A DNA stretch of 64,000 nt from Octopus vulgaris. Lineage: Eukaryota. Shown here piece by piece: positions 1-13,623 of the stretch. The stretch spans positions 32,364,001 through 32,428,000 of the forward strand of contig OX597826.1 in NCBI GenBank assembly GCA_951406725.2, written 5' to 3'. Both the position numbers and the translations under genes were made by a program. Below the pieces are notes generated by a model. That model ran no database searches, was not told where the DNA came from, and saw nothing but the letters and a program-made list of their open reading frames with translations. Every line of letters begins with the position of its first letter. Positions within the stretch are counted from its first letter, which is position 1.

Positions 1-659
1 GTATCACTGTTGTGTATTCAGATGATGTTTTCATTGGTTAATATATATTCTATTCAAATATTTTTGGAGAACATCTTTTACAACTATTTCAATAATTGAA
101 CAAAAGATTTCCCTGTATAAATATTCCATATGAAAGCAAATTTTATAAGAGTTACTTGAGTATAACAATCGTTATATAATGGTATATACTACTACATTAT
201 GTATCAACAGAGTTAAATGTATGCCTCTATTTAAAATATTGCTAACCTGAATAGAAGATGATAAATTAAATAGGGAATATAGATATAAATATATTATGTA
301 TTAATCTTAAGATTAGATTTTTAACTCTGAAATAAATTCAGTTGATACACATTCCAATATTTCATTTCCTATGCTTTGAACAGGAAGCAAAGCATAGTTT
401 TAGAGGCTGTGTACAAAGAAAGAAAAAAACAAGTGTTATGTTTTGAACTATTTTCATTAAATCTATTGTTTGCAGATTAAAAAGTTAATCTATTGTAAAA
501 TAGAAAGGAAAAAAAAAACCTGCGCATTATTTAAAATTACTGAGTGAAGCAGTAACATTAGACATTTATGCACTAAATAAATTATTATTTGGTGCCAAGA
601 AACAAATATTTAGTTGCAATCCAATGATATGGTGGACAGTCACTATGGAATGTACTTAC

Positions 660-750
660 GCAGTAAATAGACAGCGCACACAGTGGTTTACAAATGGTTG
701 GGTACTTTTGAAAGCATGTTAAGCCAAAGCGTCATTGTTCCCGTCCCCTT
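660..750 (-). other. Candidate non-coding (UTR/lncRNA) exon
   Basis: Acceptor TTTCTTGTTTCAG (CT at 751-752) and donor GTAAGT (659-654). Stops in all three frames. Downstream acceptor CATCTTCTATTCAG at 247. Confidence 0.3.
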
Positions 751-1455
751 CTGAAACAAGAAATATCGGACCTAGAATGTGGAGTGTGTTGAAAAATGAA
801 TCAAAAAAGAAAGAAAAAGAAGGAAAGCGTGGAAAAACAAAAACAGTTGAAATAAAAGGAATCAAAGATAAAACTGGCTACATTGGCAACGATTCAACAA
901 ACAAGGCGAGGTTTTTAGTAGGATGCCTTTGGTATAAGTTAAGGACATTTACGTTATTATACATCATACATAATTAACCATCAACAATACAATATACACA
1001 ATAAACCTGCAACAGTGTACATAACAGAATTTATGTAGAACATCACACCACATTGCATTAGGCAACTACCAGAAAACAAACCATTAACTTGAATAGCTCA
1101 GAAAATAGGCGTTGGTGAAATGTTTACCAAATATAAATATGGAATATAGTTGAAAGAGTTCAGAATTATAATTTACTGCAGTTCTATCTATTGAACTCTC
1201 AAAATTGCAATTCTGAAGATTCACAGATGAAACTGTAAGCAATACTTTTGAACTATTTTCAACTTTAGTTTTTATTTATAATACTCTTATCCCAGTATTG
1301 AGTTCTTTGTGACTGTTGTTGTCTGTACTGTTGGTCAACAATTACAGAATTTAATCAAAGCAGCAGGATATATGAAATTATTGTTGCCTATTAAATTGTA
1401 GCCCTACAATATGCATATGTAATATGTAACTGTATTAAACATGAAAATAATAATG

Positions 1456-1504
<49 letters not shown>

Positions 1505-1505
<1 letters not shown>

Positions 1506-1686
1506 TTCTATTACAGGCACAAGGCCTAAAATTTTATGGGAGGGGATTAGTCGATTACATCGATCCCCAGTGCTTCACTGGTATTTAATTTATCAACCCC
1601 GAAAGGATGAAAGGCAAAGTCTGAACTCAGAATGTAATGACAGACAAAATGCCGCTAAGCATTTTGCCTGACATGTTAATGATTCT
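1505..1686 (-). mobile_element. tRNA-derived SINE family A (Nin/Deu-like central domain), 5'-truncated, with (ATT)n tail
   Basis: Reverse complement carries CTTTGCCTTTCATCCTTTCGGGGTTGATAAATTAAATACCAG, shared with >15 copies in the window. The (AAT)n at ~1446-1505 is its tail. Confidence 0.85.
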
Positions 1687-2002
1687 GAGAAGTATGAGTC
1701 ACTGAAGGAAGGGATTGGAAAGTGGTGGGGGATGAAGAAGGTTTTAGGGATTTCAGAGGTGATTGGAGCAGTGAGATGCATATTGTAGAATCTTGAGAAG
1801 CTTGTAAATGAAATTGGAATTGGTGCAAGGTTTACAGAGAATGCAGAAGACAAACACTTCTTGGCACAGCAAGGATTTTAAGAAAAGTCTTGTCTGTATT
1901 AAGGCTTAGGAGAAGAAGGGATCATTATCGACTTGTTGACTACTCCCTAACTGAAATGAATTGATCATTTTAACATCTATTTGGGATTTACAAAAATGAA
2001 AC

Positions 2003-2003
<1 letters not shown>
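1687..2003 (+). mobile_element. R4/Dong-clade non-LTR retrotransposon 3' fragment (end of restriction-like endonuclease plus 3' UTR), decayed
   Basis: Translation from 1687: EKYESLKEGIGKWWGMKKVLGISEVIGAVRCIL*NLEKLVNEIGIG...MQKT / LLGTARILRKVL, matching the R4/Dong C-terminal pattern KY.DL..EI..LW.M..V.V.PVVIGALG...LQK..LLGTARILRKVL. It is followed by (TAA)n. Confidence 0.8.
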
Positions 2004-2356
<353 letters not shown>

Positions 2357-2439
2357 GCCAAATGAATAAACCATACTACTTAGCCTTGAAAATTTATCAA
2401 CAAATGAACATAGCCAAGGCTGACTACTCTACAGCCAAT

Positions 2440-2512
2440 TCTAGACAAGAACAAGTTATGTCGAATCTAGACAAGAACAAGTTATGACAAGAACAAGTTA
2501 TTGTCGAATCTA
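2440..2512. repeat. Local tandem duplication: GACAAGAACAAGTTAT x3 and GTCGAATCTA x2
   Basis: 16-mer at 2444, 2470 and 2486; 10-mer at 2460 and 2503. Confidence 0.9.
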
Positions 2513-3574
2513 TTTGGCAGAGTATAACATTTTTCACAGATTTGGCATTTGATGAATGTGTGATGACGATTTATTTATTAAAGTGTAATGAAACCAAAAT
2601 TATTTATTGTTTTCTCCTTTTTTCCTCAATGCAAATTATACAAACTTAAAAAAAAATATATTTAATTTAAGCACAAACAAAAATCAGTGATGTAGTTTTC
2701 AAATCAGTGAAAGAAAAGTTTTGAGAAATTTAAACTTAGAAAATAAGGTACTATATTCCACCATAAAACCAAAATTAATCTTAGCAAAATTGATTTTTTT
2801 TTGTATTATTTTTGAAGAGAAGAAAATGTTTTCTAACTTTGAAGCTGGATTTACTAAATTCCATACACAGTTCATAGAGATTTTGAAAACATAGAAAATG
2901 TGTTTTCTGCTGATAACATGATCAAGATCACAGACAGAACTCATGAATGATGGATTAAAATGCTTGTTCAGCAATGTCTTATATCTTCAGAACTAGCCAA
3001 AATAGTTGAGAAAAATTTCCTTTTTCAAATAAATAAATAAATAGCATAAAAATTAATGTATGGGAATGTATAAAGATTGGTAACAGCATTAGACCATGGA
3101 AACAGAATACCATATGATGATGTCGTGAGAAATCTTATTATTCATTTCCATTTATTGCAGAACCAGATTTGCAGGGACCCAAATAAAGCCATAATCAAAG
3201 TTATGAACCACAATTGATCAAAAGAAATAGCCATTTTCTTGAAGTAAGGATAAAAAAATATTGGAAGCAATTTGAAATATTGTTCCTAATCATTGTATGT
3301 GTCCACATCTATACAAGTATATGTATTCTAACTGTAACATTGTCCACTTTACAGTTGTAATTCCAAAACAACAGCGACAAAAAACAAGTAAAACAAACAA
3401 AAACAAAATAAACAAGTTTTAGCAAATCGTAGCTTTGGCAAAAAGTGTATAAATATTCAATCTTTGGAGAGGAGCTCTGTAATATTAGATCTAATTTTTT
3501 TCTTTTCTTCCAGTTGCTTTAAAATAAGGTTTAGATGAATTGCCATTTTTGCTGGTAATAGTAATATAAAGTGA

Positions 3575-3897
3575 GGGCGCATGGCTTAGTGGTTAGGGCA
3601 TTCGGCTCATGATCGTAAGGTTGTGAGTTTGATTCCAGACGATGCATTGTGTCCTTGCACAAGATACTTTATTTTACGTTGCTACAGTCCACTCAGCTGG
3701 CAAAAATGAGTTGTACCTGTATTTCAAAAAAGGGCCAGCCTTGCCACACACTGTATCACTCTGAATCTCTTTGCGAACTACGCTAAAGGTACACATGTCT
3801 GTGGAATGCTCAGTTACTTGTACGTTAATTTCACAAGCAAGCTATTCCATTGATCATATCTGCTGGGACCCTCATCATCGTAACTGATGGAGTGCTC
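3575..3897 (+). mobile_element. tRNA-derived SINE family D, near full length, with 13-bp TSD
   Basis: A-box TGGCTTAGTGG, B-box-like GAGTTTGATTCC, core GTGTCCTTG..CAAGATACTTTA...CAGTCCACTCAGCTGGCAAAAATGAGT. Direct repeat ATAGTAATATAAA at 3558-3570 and 3900-3912. Confidence 0.85.
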
Positions 3898-3959
3898 TTA
3901 TAGTAATATAAATTGTGAGTTGAAATTTCACAAACACTGGGTAACATGCAGAGCTATCA

Positions 3960-4415
3960 TCATCACCATCGTTTTAATGTTCACTTTTCCATGTTTGCCT
4001 GGGTGAGATGGAATTTATGGAGGTCAATTTTCTTGTCACCAACCTTCACCAGTTTCCAAACAAAATAATACTTTCCTGGGCATGATTCTACAGAATATTA
4101 GAAGTGAACAATACAGCTTGTTTGACAGTGACACTCATTAACAACTATCCCACAATGCCAAAACAATGAGGCACAAACATGCACACATACGCATATGTTG
4201 GCAGTGCTCCAGCATGGTCACAGTCTTAGGGGTGAAACGCATAAAAGGATAAAAGAATATATATATCATGGGCTTCTTTCAGTTTCTGTAAACCAAATCC
4301 ATTCACAAGGGTTTGGTGGATTTGAAGCTACAGTAACAGATTCTTACCCAAGATGCTACACTGTAGGATTGAACTTGCAATGATGTGGATGGGAAGAAAA
4401 CTTCTTAGCCACTCT
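3960..4415 (-). mobile_element. Chimeric SINE: family B head plus RTE-type tail, with a short family B tail fragment inserted at ~4197-4258
   Basis: Colinear with 8168-8577 (+) and 49545-49965 (-). Confidence 0.65.
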
Positions 4416-5292
4416 AAGACACCAGTCTAAATTTTAAATTTCTTAAGATTAACTTTGGGTTTATGCAAAGGATTAGCAATATAAGGAAATACTAAAATTT
4501 ACAATTGTTTGTAATGACTCAGTCAGTGATGGAATGCCATTGCCCTTGACTATTTTCTGGGCCTCCAAGACTGGTGGGAAAGGGGGAAAGAGGAAGAGTG
4601 GCTTGAATGCTTGCAACAGAGTAAACTCTGCTACAGATAGGTAATGGCCCAGTGCTTTTATTGAATCAGGCAACAGAGATATAAGTTTCTCAGAAGTATT
4701 GTTACTTTATGACAACCACAAAAATAAGTATGTTCTTTCCCTGAATGAAGATAATTAAAATTTCTTTTGAGAAGCAAGAATTAGTTTGTGTCAGTTGAGT
4801 GTAGATGATATAAGAAACAACTTTGTGAAGTACAAATAACAGTAAATTATAAAGACCATTGTCAGACAAATGTCATCATTATAGGTTGTGATTATTGAAT
4901 CAAACATTCTACGACATACGTTTTATATATGTCAGAAATGTAGATCTAAAATGTTTTGCTAGCAAGAATTATGTCAATGAAAAACCTTTTACCAATGTGA
5001 CCTCACCAATTTAAGGTTGGCGTAACTCTAAGAAAGATATTTATATCATATAATAGCTGACACTCTGATCAGAGAAATGGATTTTGAGTAGTTATGAAGT
5101 GAAAAATATATAAATAAACAAAACTAAGTGCAGATATATTTCTAACTTAATCAAATTCAAAAAATATATTTTTGCATTAAAAAAAATTAGATGATGGTTA
5201 GAGAAAATATTCTTTTATAAAAATTGTATTAAAAATATTTCAGTAAAAAAAATCAGATGAAACATTTTGAATATTAATTTTAACATAAGCAT

Positions 5293-5696
5293 ACTCTTTT
5301 ACTCTTTTACTTGTTTCAGTCATTTGACTGTGGCCATGCTGGAGCACCACCTTTAGTCAAGCAAATCGACCCCAGGACTTATTCTTTGTAAGCCTAGTAC
5401 TTATTCTATAAGTCTCTTTTGCTGAACTGTTAAGTTATGGGGATGTAAACACACCAGCATTGGTTGTCAAGCGATGTTGGGGGTGACAAACACAGACACA
5501 CAAACACATATATATGCATATATATATATATACGACGGGCTTCTTTTAGTTTCCGTCTACCAAATCTACTCACAAGGCTTTGGTCGGCCCGAGGCTATAG
5601 TAGAAGACACTTGCCCAGGGTGCCATGCAGTGGGAGTGAACCCGGAACCATATGGTTGGTAAGCAAACTACTTACCACACAGCCACTCCTGCACCT
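5293..5696 (-). mobile_element. tRNA-derived SINE family B, full length, with internal (TA)/(TG) microsatellite and (TAAAAGAG)n tail
   Basis: Head with GTGGCTGTGTGGTAAG and GGTTCCGGGTTCAC, core CCTGGGCAAGTGTCTTCTACTATAGCC, tail GCTCCAGCATGGCCACAGTCAAATGACTGAAACAAGTAAAAGAGTAAAAGAG. Matches 28697-29217. Confidence 0.9.
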
Positions 5697-5926
5697 GGTG
5701 ACAAAAATTTTGGGGGAGGGGTATGACAGATTATATTTAGACCAATGCTTGTCTGGTACTTGATTTTTTTTACCCCAGGTGGGTGAAAATCAACGATGAC
5801 CTTGATGGGGTCAAAATGTAGAGAATGGAAGAGCAATACTAAATACTGCAAGGCATTTTGTTCCCTATATCAACGATTCGGCTAATCCCCAGCCCTTAAA
5901 ATTTTTTCAATATTATGAAATGAAAT

Positions 5927-6143
5927 AAGGTGGTTACCTGGCAGAACCGTTAGCATGTGTGGCAAAATGCTTTGTGGCATTTTGTCCATCTTTACGTTCT
6001 GAGTTCAAATTCCACTAAGGTCGACTTTGCCTTTCATCCTTTCAGGCTTGATAAGATAAGTACCAGTTATGCACTGGGGATCAATGTAATCGACTTACCC
6101 CTCTCCCTCCAAACTGCTGGCCTTGTGTCAAAATTTGAAATCA
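5927..6143 (+). mobile_element. SINE family A, near full length; decayed opposite-strand copies flank it (~5700-5895, ~6380-6530)
   Basis: GGCAGAACCGTTAGCA...GTTCTGAGTTCAAATTCC...CTTTGCCTTTCATCCTTTC...GGCCTTGTG. Confidence 0.85.
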
Positions 6144-8128
6144 ATTTGAAATAAAATGACAATAATGTTTGATTTAAACTCTGGTCTATGGCCTTTTTCT
6201 GCTAATGGTCAATGACTATTTGCACCTGGCATCTGCCTTTGTATGACGAAGGCCCTTGTCCAAGAGAAAGGCCAGGAGTGAATTAACTAGACTCCAGTGT
6301 TGTCTCATATGAGCTCAAAATGTAAAGACAGAACCAATACAGAAAACCATTTCTTCCCTAGTTCTAACCATTTTGCTATTACATGGTCCTGAACTTGCAC
6401 TTTATTTTATCATCCATCAAAAGATGAAAGAGAAAATATGCTTCAGTAGGATTTGAACTTAGGGTGTAAACAGCTTGAAGAAATACAGCTTTTTTGAGCA
6501 ATACTGTAAGGATTCTGTCAATTCCCCCCTTTTGATACAGATCTAGCAAAAATGAAGAGACAGAATGACAAGTCCACAATGTCAGCATGAACATCGTCTA
6601 ATCACATTTCTCTCTGCCCTCAAATATATTTGAAGCTTTAGGCCAATATAGTAAATCAATTTTATTTCTAAATTTAAAAATTCCTAACCTCATTATGAAC
6701 AGAAGTCCTAATACATATATTAATTAGCATCAAGTCGATTGTGATATAACTGTGGGGTACACCATCAATAAATCGTATTTGGTCAAGTTGTGAGGATTCT
6801 TATTGGTGGGGAGTGACTGATAGAACTAGCAGAGAGCTGAAAGAATATACGAGAGAATATTTGTAAGAAGCTGCTAATGAAATTTCTTCATGGAAAATTA
6901 GTAAATCAATCTAATTACCAATTAATCTTAATTATTTAATTAATTAATCTTAACCTCACTTTATGGTTTATTGAAAAGAATTTATACAGAACAAGAGAAA
7001 TAGAAGGATTCATACTTAAAGCATATTAAACAAAATTGTCTGTGGCTTTAAATTCCATTCTTGAACATTTCAAAGTTATTTCATTGAAAATGAATTTAGA
7101 TGAAATGGCTTAAATACTAGCTAAAAATAGCAGTTAAAACTTTTTTTAAAAGTTAGGATCAAAGAAGGTTTATTAATGAATAATATAATAAAAACATGGA
7201 ATGCTAGATGGTTTAATAAGTTTAAATAAAAATTGATTTGATGATCAACAAAATCCACAAATGGATAGCATGAGAAGTAGTGGCGTACTGTTTAAAGTTA
7301 TTCCAATTTTATAATAGAATTTAGCTATGAAATAACTTTGTACAAATGGTTTCATTTGCAATATCTGCCTATCCAATTCCGGTGAGGAAATTTCGAATTG
7401 ATATAAAATAGCAAACAAAAATATTCATTTCTAATTTGTTGCTATTATAATAGTTAGAATATATATAGATCTGAAAATATACTGACAGTCTTCAAAGGAA
7501 ACATCTAAACCATACATTTATTCATACAACTCTGCTATTGCATGACATAAAACTTCCAAATAATGAAATTGGATTAAAATTATATTAATGTGGATAACTC
7601 AGTGTGTTATGCTATTGTTAATATTCTACAGAATCCTTGCAAATATGTTCTTCATAATTTTGTTTCTGTTATCACATGATGGCAACTCTCAAAATATTTC
7701 AAACTATTCCTTCTGCAAAACATGCTGCATTTTTTTTTAAATTCCAAGCCAGCCCATGAAGAAATTATGAGTAAAGTAAATCTCACTATTCAGTCTGATT
7801 GTGCTAAAACCAGCATCTCTCCAATTCTTGTAAAACATATAATAGAATACTGTAAACTACAAATGATGGAATTTAAATATTTTCTATTTTAGCAGATCAA
7901 ACTCCTCTGTAAAATATTTCTTGAATAAATACTCTAAAGTGAGTTATGCATTTATGTTGTTAAAATACTTTGTTATTAAAATTATATTAAACTCCATGAA
8001 TTCAACAGAATAATGTGCAAAGAAATCTATATTGAACCATGTACACACACTCAAACACATGTGCATAAAATGCATGCGTGCACGTGGAGACACACGCACA
8101 CACACACACGCACACACACACACGCACA

Positions 8129-8167
<39 letters not shown>

Positions 8168-8168
<1 letters not shown>

Positions 8169-8302
8169 GCAGTGTGGTTGTGAAATTTGCTTCCCAGTCA
8201 CATGGTTTTAGGTTGTCCCATTACACAGCATTATCAGTAAGGGTCTTTTACGATAGCCCTGAGGGAATTTAGTTGGTAGAAACTGAAAGAAGGAAAAACT
8301 GC

Positions 8303-8337
<35 letters not shown>

Positions 8338-8577
8338 CTCTGTGTGTGCTTTTGTCTGTTAGTCTCGATATGATGTAATATTTGTAAATGAACATCACCA
8401 TTATCCAAGTGATGTTGCTTGTTTTTGATCTTCCATGAGAAACATAGGGAAAGATTGCCTTGCATAGAACTGGTGAAGGTTGGCAACAGGGAGGACATCC
8501 AGCCGTAGAAAATCTGCCAAAATGAATTCCATATCATCCATGAAAGCATAGAAAAGTGGATTTGAAAATGATGATGT
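8168..8577 (+). mobile_element. Chimeric SINE: family B head, (TG)n, RTE-type tail ending (GAT)n
   Basis: B head up to GAAACTGAAAGAAG, then GGTTGGCAACAGGGAGGACATCCAGCCGTAGAAA...GCATAGAAAAGTGGATTTGAAAATGATGATG. Confidence 0.7.
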
Positions 8578-9815
8578 CAGATGCCAAAAATAGAAAAGCT
8601 GATACATACACATACATACACACATATATACATATATAATATACATATATGTGTGTGTGCATAGTACTTGGAGTTCCTGCACCAGCGGACTTGTTTAAAT
8701 TTGAGTGCTTGTCTTAAAGGATAAACAGGCAAGAGTTTGTATTGAATACTAAATAAGGAATATTCTAGGTTTTTACCCATTACAAACTTACAATTCAGGC
8801 ACACACATATATATATATATCCACATACATATATATTCTCTTTTATTGGTTTCTATTAGACTTTGGCCATGCTGGGGCACTGCTTTCAAAGGTTTTAGTC
8901 TATTCTATGAACTCCATCATTTATTTCAGTCTGGTATATATTTAGAGTTCTTTATTCACCAAAAGGCTAAGTAATACTTTTTGACTCACAACCAGCATTA
9001 TAAACACTCAGACACACAATCACATCACACAAACACACACACACACACACACACATACACACACAGAAATACATATGGGAATAAGTAGAAATTGGAAAAA
9101 TAAGTGCTTAGTAAATAATGCTTGAAGAATGGAATAAGAATGTTCCAGATGCAATTTTGAAGGGTAAACAGCAAGCAATGGGTATAATTTATTTCGATGT
9201 TATAAAACCTAAGACGACAGACACTCTATCAATATATTGCAGGAAAGAAGGGGAATTTGAGGGCGAGAAGGAAATTGGTTAAAAATGGTGATGAGAAGTT
9301 CCTTTCCATTATCTACAGCGAACATAATTCATCAGAAAAATACATTTATCAATTCCATTTAAAGTAGGTTTTCTTTTTCTTTAATGAAATGACTTTTCCG
9401 TATCAACCATTAGCAACATTATTGAATGTGCCAAAGATATTTTTAAGAAGATAATGTAAATATCATAATAAATCTTCCTCTTTCAATTTATTATAAAGAA
9501 TGAATAATTTTTTTTCTACACTCAAAGCCCTTTATCAAATTTAAGCAGTAACTTTTTGTTTCTTTTTTTTCCTCATCAATTCACTTCTATTTTCTGAGTG
9601 AACAAGTTACTTAAAATCCCAGTGAACAGGACGTTACGAAAGCAGTCAATGCATTTTACAGTCTGTACCTATCGAAAAATAACTGAACTCCCACAGACCA
9701 ATAATGTAATGCCACATGATATATATATCTAGTATTGAAAATAAAAAAAAATTACCACACTTGGAGCTTTTAAAGTCCTATGTAACTGAGTAATGGGGTT
9801 TCTATTAATCATATA

Positions 9816-10033
9816 CGCAGGGGTGTTGAAAACTTCATGGCTTTTGGTAAAGAAAAAATAGAGAAGGATCAGTTAATTATGATTTTATTCAACATATTCC
9901 CCTCTCATATTCACAAACTTATTGCAGCAGTCCATCAATTTTACTAAGCCCCATAGAAGAACTTGGAAGGTTGAACCATTAACCAGGCCTTTTGCAATAC
10001 TTTTAAAGTCAGGAACTTTTCAGCAGTCCCTCG
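9816..10033 (-). mobile_element. Mariner-derived MITE (~220 bp) with TA TSD
   Basis: TA|CGCAGGGGTGTTGAAAACTTCATGGCTTT ... AAAGTCAGGAACTTTTCAGCAGTCCCTCG|TA imperfect TIRs. Minus strand retains the mariner C-terminal GEYVE*. Second copy at 45686-45909. Confidence 0.85.
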
Positions 10034-10886
10034 TATATACCTTCTTTTCCTGGAGTCCATACTGAACTCAAGTGATGCACTGAAATATGTTTTAATCTCA
10101 TTACAAATATCTTCATATATAATGCACATTGATAGATATCCTGTGGTCATTCGCATTATATCTATGTGCATCTCACTAATATTTAATTACCTTTTGGTCA
10201 TAAAGCCCTTAGAGATGATATAAGCACCACAATATCTAATTTCCACTCTTAGAAATCTGAGGTATCTGAACATATAAGAAATTAATAATCTTTCATAATT
10301 ATTCTGTTGTCAGCCACCTTTAGAACTTTGGTCACCGAATATAAATTGATATTGGTTTAACTGATATGATCATATAATACCCTTCTCTTTAATGTATATC
10401 ACACAATGTACATAAACAAATAGAATTATATACACTAAAGTGGTTGCTGACAGGGAGGATGCCCAGCTCTTGAAAACGTTTCCCAAAATGGAATGTACAG
10501 TAAGATATGGTCTCCAATCTATCTTGGAGGCCAGTTGCTTTGAATAAAAACTGATTCTATCTGCGATGATCTTTCCAATCTAGATTGGGATATAAAGGTG
10601 ACATAAAAACATGATATTGAATGCTGATGTCATTAAATGACATAAAAATGTCTGGAACGTGAAGAATTAAGCCTGCTGCATTAATTTCGGTGATCAACTT
10701 TTAATAAATGTTTATAAGAATGAGGCATGAATCTCATTTATTTGTATAGCATCACAAAATACAGGATGAGGCAAAAACCTCCCACACTTCATTTGTTTCA
10801 GCTGGCAACAGTCGGCTGCATCACACAGCCTCTCACAACCAATTGATGCTACATTACTGTCTTTGTTGCATTATTGGGGGCACAAT

Positions 10887-11037
10887 GGTTCTGAGTTCAA
10901 ATTCCACCGAGGTCGACTTTGCCTTTCATCCTTTCAGGACTGATAAATTAAGTACCAGTTTGTACTGGGGTAGATCTAATCGACTGTTCCCCCTCCCCCG
11001 AAATTTCGGGCCTTGTGCCTTGAGTAGAAAAGATTAT
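10887..11037 (+). mobile_element. SINE family A, 5'-truncated, with TSD
   Basis: ATTATTGGGGG(G)CACAA at 10870-10885 and 11033-11049 flanks the element. Confidence 0.88.
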
Positions 11038-11078
11038 TGGGGGGCACAACAACACTTAGAAACATGCTGTTGCTGCCT

Positions 11079-11101
11079 CTACTACTACTACTACTACTAC
11101 A

Positions 11102-11167
<66 letters not shown>

Positions 11168-11193
11168 ACTGCTACTGCTGCTGCTGCTGCTGC
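11079..11193. repeat. Compound (CTA)n-(CTG)n microsatellite
   Basis: Read directly. Confidence 0.95.
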
Positions 11194-11940
11194 AAATGGA
11201 AAGTTTTTCTGTCTCACTTTGTGAATAGGCAAATATGGTTGACTCTGTACAAAACCAGATACGTTGAATATGGTTGACTGACGCATTCTGAGGTTTTGAC
11301 TAGTTCTCATTTTATTGATTCTAGTTGCATGAAATGTAAAGTTAACTGTGACAGGGTGCACAGCTTTGCACTCTGAGTTTAAACCCTGCTGGGATCAGCT
11401 TTTTTCTTTTGTTCTTTCAGGGTCAATAAATAAAGTACCAATCTAGTAGGCTAGTTTTTGCAGATTTGTTAGACAAATGGATGGGATGCATTACAGTAGT
11501 GGCTATCCTGAATCATTGTATCCTGAGTTCAAATCTCACTCTGTATGACCTTTTTCCCCACAGCCGAAAATACGTCCTTTAGAACCTGCCTAACGGTGAA
11601 GGGTAGCCAGCAAGAGATGAAAAAACCCATAAATTAAAGCAATCTCTTGTTAGCATCAATAAAACAAGTAGGCTCTGCATAAAGCAAAATAAATGCTTGA
11701 ATAGACATTAAAATAATTTCTTTGTTTAATGGTATCATTTCTGGCACTCTACCATTTTTTGACACTCTATCAATTTATTTTAGCTATAATTTCTTCTAAC
11801 TATGCCAAAACTGTTTGTATTTGAATAAAATAACTCCAATATATCACTGATACCATTTTTCAATAGTCATTTCTAAGAGAAAAAATTAAATTGTTTGGCA
11901 ATGAAGAAATGATGATCTTTAAAGAGGTATCATAAATAAT

Positions 11941-12153
11941 CTTTTCTACTCTAGGAACAAGGCCCAAAATTTTGGGGAAGGGGCCAGTCGATTAGATTGA
12001 CACCAGTACACAACTGAGAATTAATTTATCGACCTTGAAAGGATGAAAGGCAAAGTCAATCTCAGCAGAATTTGAATTCAGAATGTAAAGACAGAAAAAA
12101 TACCACTAAGTATTTCATCTGGCGTGCTAATGTTTCTGCCAGTTTGCCGCCTT
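11941..12153 (-). mobile_element. SINE family A, full length, with perfect 18-bp TSD
   Basis: AGAGGTATCATAAATAAT at 11923-11940 and 12154-12171. Confidence 0.92.
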
Positions 12154-13342
12154 AGAGGTATCATAAATAATAGTGAAGAAATACTACAAATCTGCATGGT
12201 TTTCTATTTGGCATCCTCTTCTTATCGATGTTGAAAGGAATTTAATAGGCTTTGCAGATATGAACATTTACAAATTTTCAAATTGCTATTGGGTACCGTT
12301 TTTATCATATGCACTACCTATCTGTAAAGTGAGAGCATACGTAAACCTTCAATAAGTCTCTCAGTAACAGACTTCCAAGAAGAAAGATTGAACTGTCAGA
12401 ATTATTGTTTATGAACACAGACTTCTTAGCTATTTCGCAATCTCTTGACAGAAAATAGTAGTCAGTCTCAATTAACAATAAAATATTTTGAATGAGACAA
12501 AGTAGTTATAAATACATTTCACCTAAAATCAATGATAATGACAAAATTTGCATACCTATCCAATCTGTTAAAAAAAATGACAGAAAGTAAGTTTTTGAAC
12601 GACGAAATAAAATTCGATTAATTTTCTAATTTTAGTCAGTTGCTTTTCATTGTGTTTTAGTATTGTTTTTGTTATTTTTCCATTTTCAAAAGTTCTAGTG
12701 CATTCCTTCACTCTATTATTACCATTTCTAACAATGCACTTGTGGAACTTGCAGAGTATCAACTGTCTTTTACTTAATTTCAGAATACAATTTAAGATCA
12801 TAAGTTCAAATTTAGTTCTGCATATTTAATTACAAAAGGGTACGGGAAAAGAATGTGTGGTGGAGTATGTTCGAAGTACATAGTAATGTGATCAAAATCA
12901 GATATTCTACATACATTTTCAGACTGTGTGACTACATATGAATTGCCATAAATAGATAAACACTTACAAAGAGAGATGAAGACAAACTGACTGATAGAGA
13001 GAGAGAGGTTGACTCCAACTAACCGGGCTCAATTCACAAGAACATTGGTATGCTTATGTATGTGGAATCACAAAAGATCACACTTATTCCTTCTGTCACA
13101 CACACACACACACACACAAGCAAACACATATGCTCATACACATATACATACACAAACCCAGTATCACACGCACACACATGCATGTGTATGTGGCGGGGTA
13201 TATCCTTGTTAACTCACAAATAAAGAATATTTACCCACCAATGTGGTGTTCAACACTCATTCTCACTGTTTGATATTAGTGTATAAATATATATTATCAT
13301 CATCATCATCTAATGTCCACTTTCCATACTGGATGGGTTGGA

Positions 13343-13412
13343 TACACACGCACACACATAAATACATACATATATGTATATATATATGTATATATGTATG
13401 TATATAAGTATA

Positions 13413-13446
<34 letters not shown>

Positions 13447-13487
13447 CATATACTTATATACATACATATATACATATATATATATAC

Positions 13488-13518
<31 letters not shown>

Positions 13519-13560
13519 CACACATATATATATATGTATGTATATATATATATATGTATG

Positions 13561-13623
<63 letters not shown>

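Noticed and set aside
1205-1245. CTGAAGA...GAAAC hammerhead-like spacing on the plus strand
   Set aside because: Stem II is weak, there is no NUH triplet in register and stem I is poor. It may be a very old remnant but is unsupported.
2440-2512. Short direct repeats as a CRISPR-like array
   Set aside because: There are no unique spacers of regular length and the context is eukaryotic. It is a simple slippage duplication.
3161-3243. Plus-strand AG...GTAAG bounded segment
   Set aside because: It has stops in all three frames and no partner exon.
3575-3650. tRNA-like sequence with A and B boxes
   Set aside because: It is a SINE head continuing into body and tail with a TSD, and has no full cloverleaf. 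The same applies to the other SINE heads.
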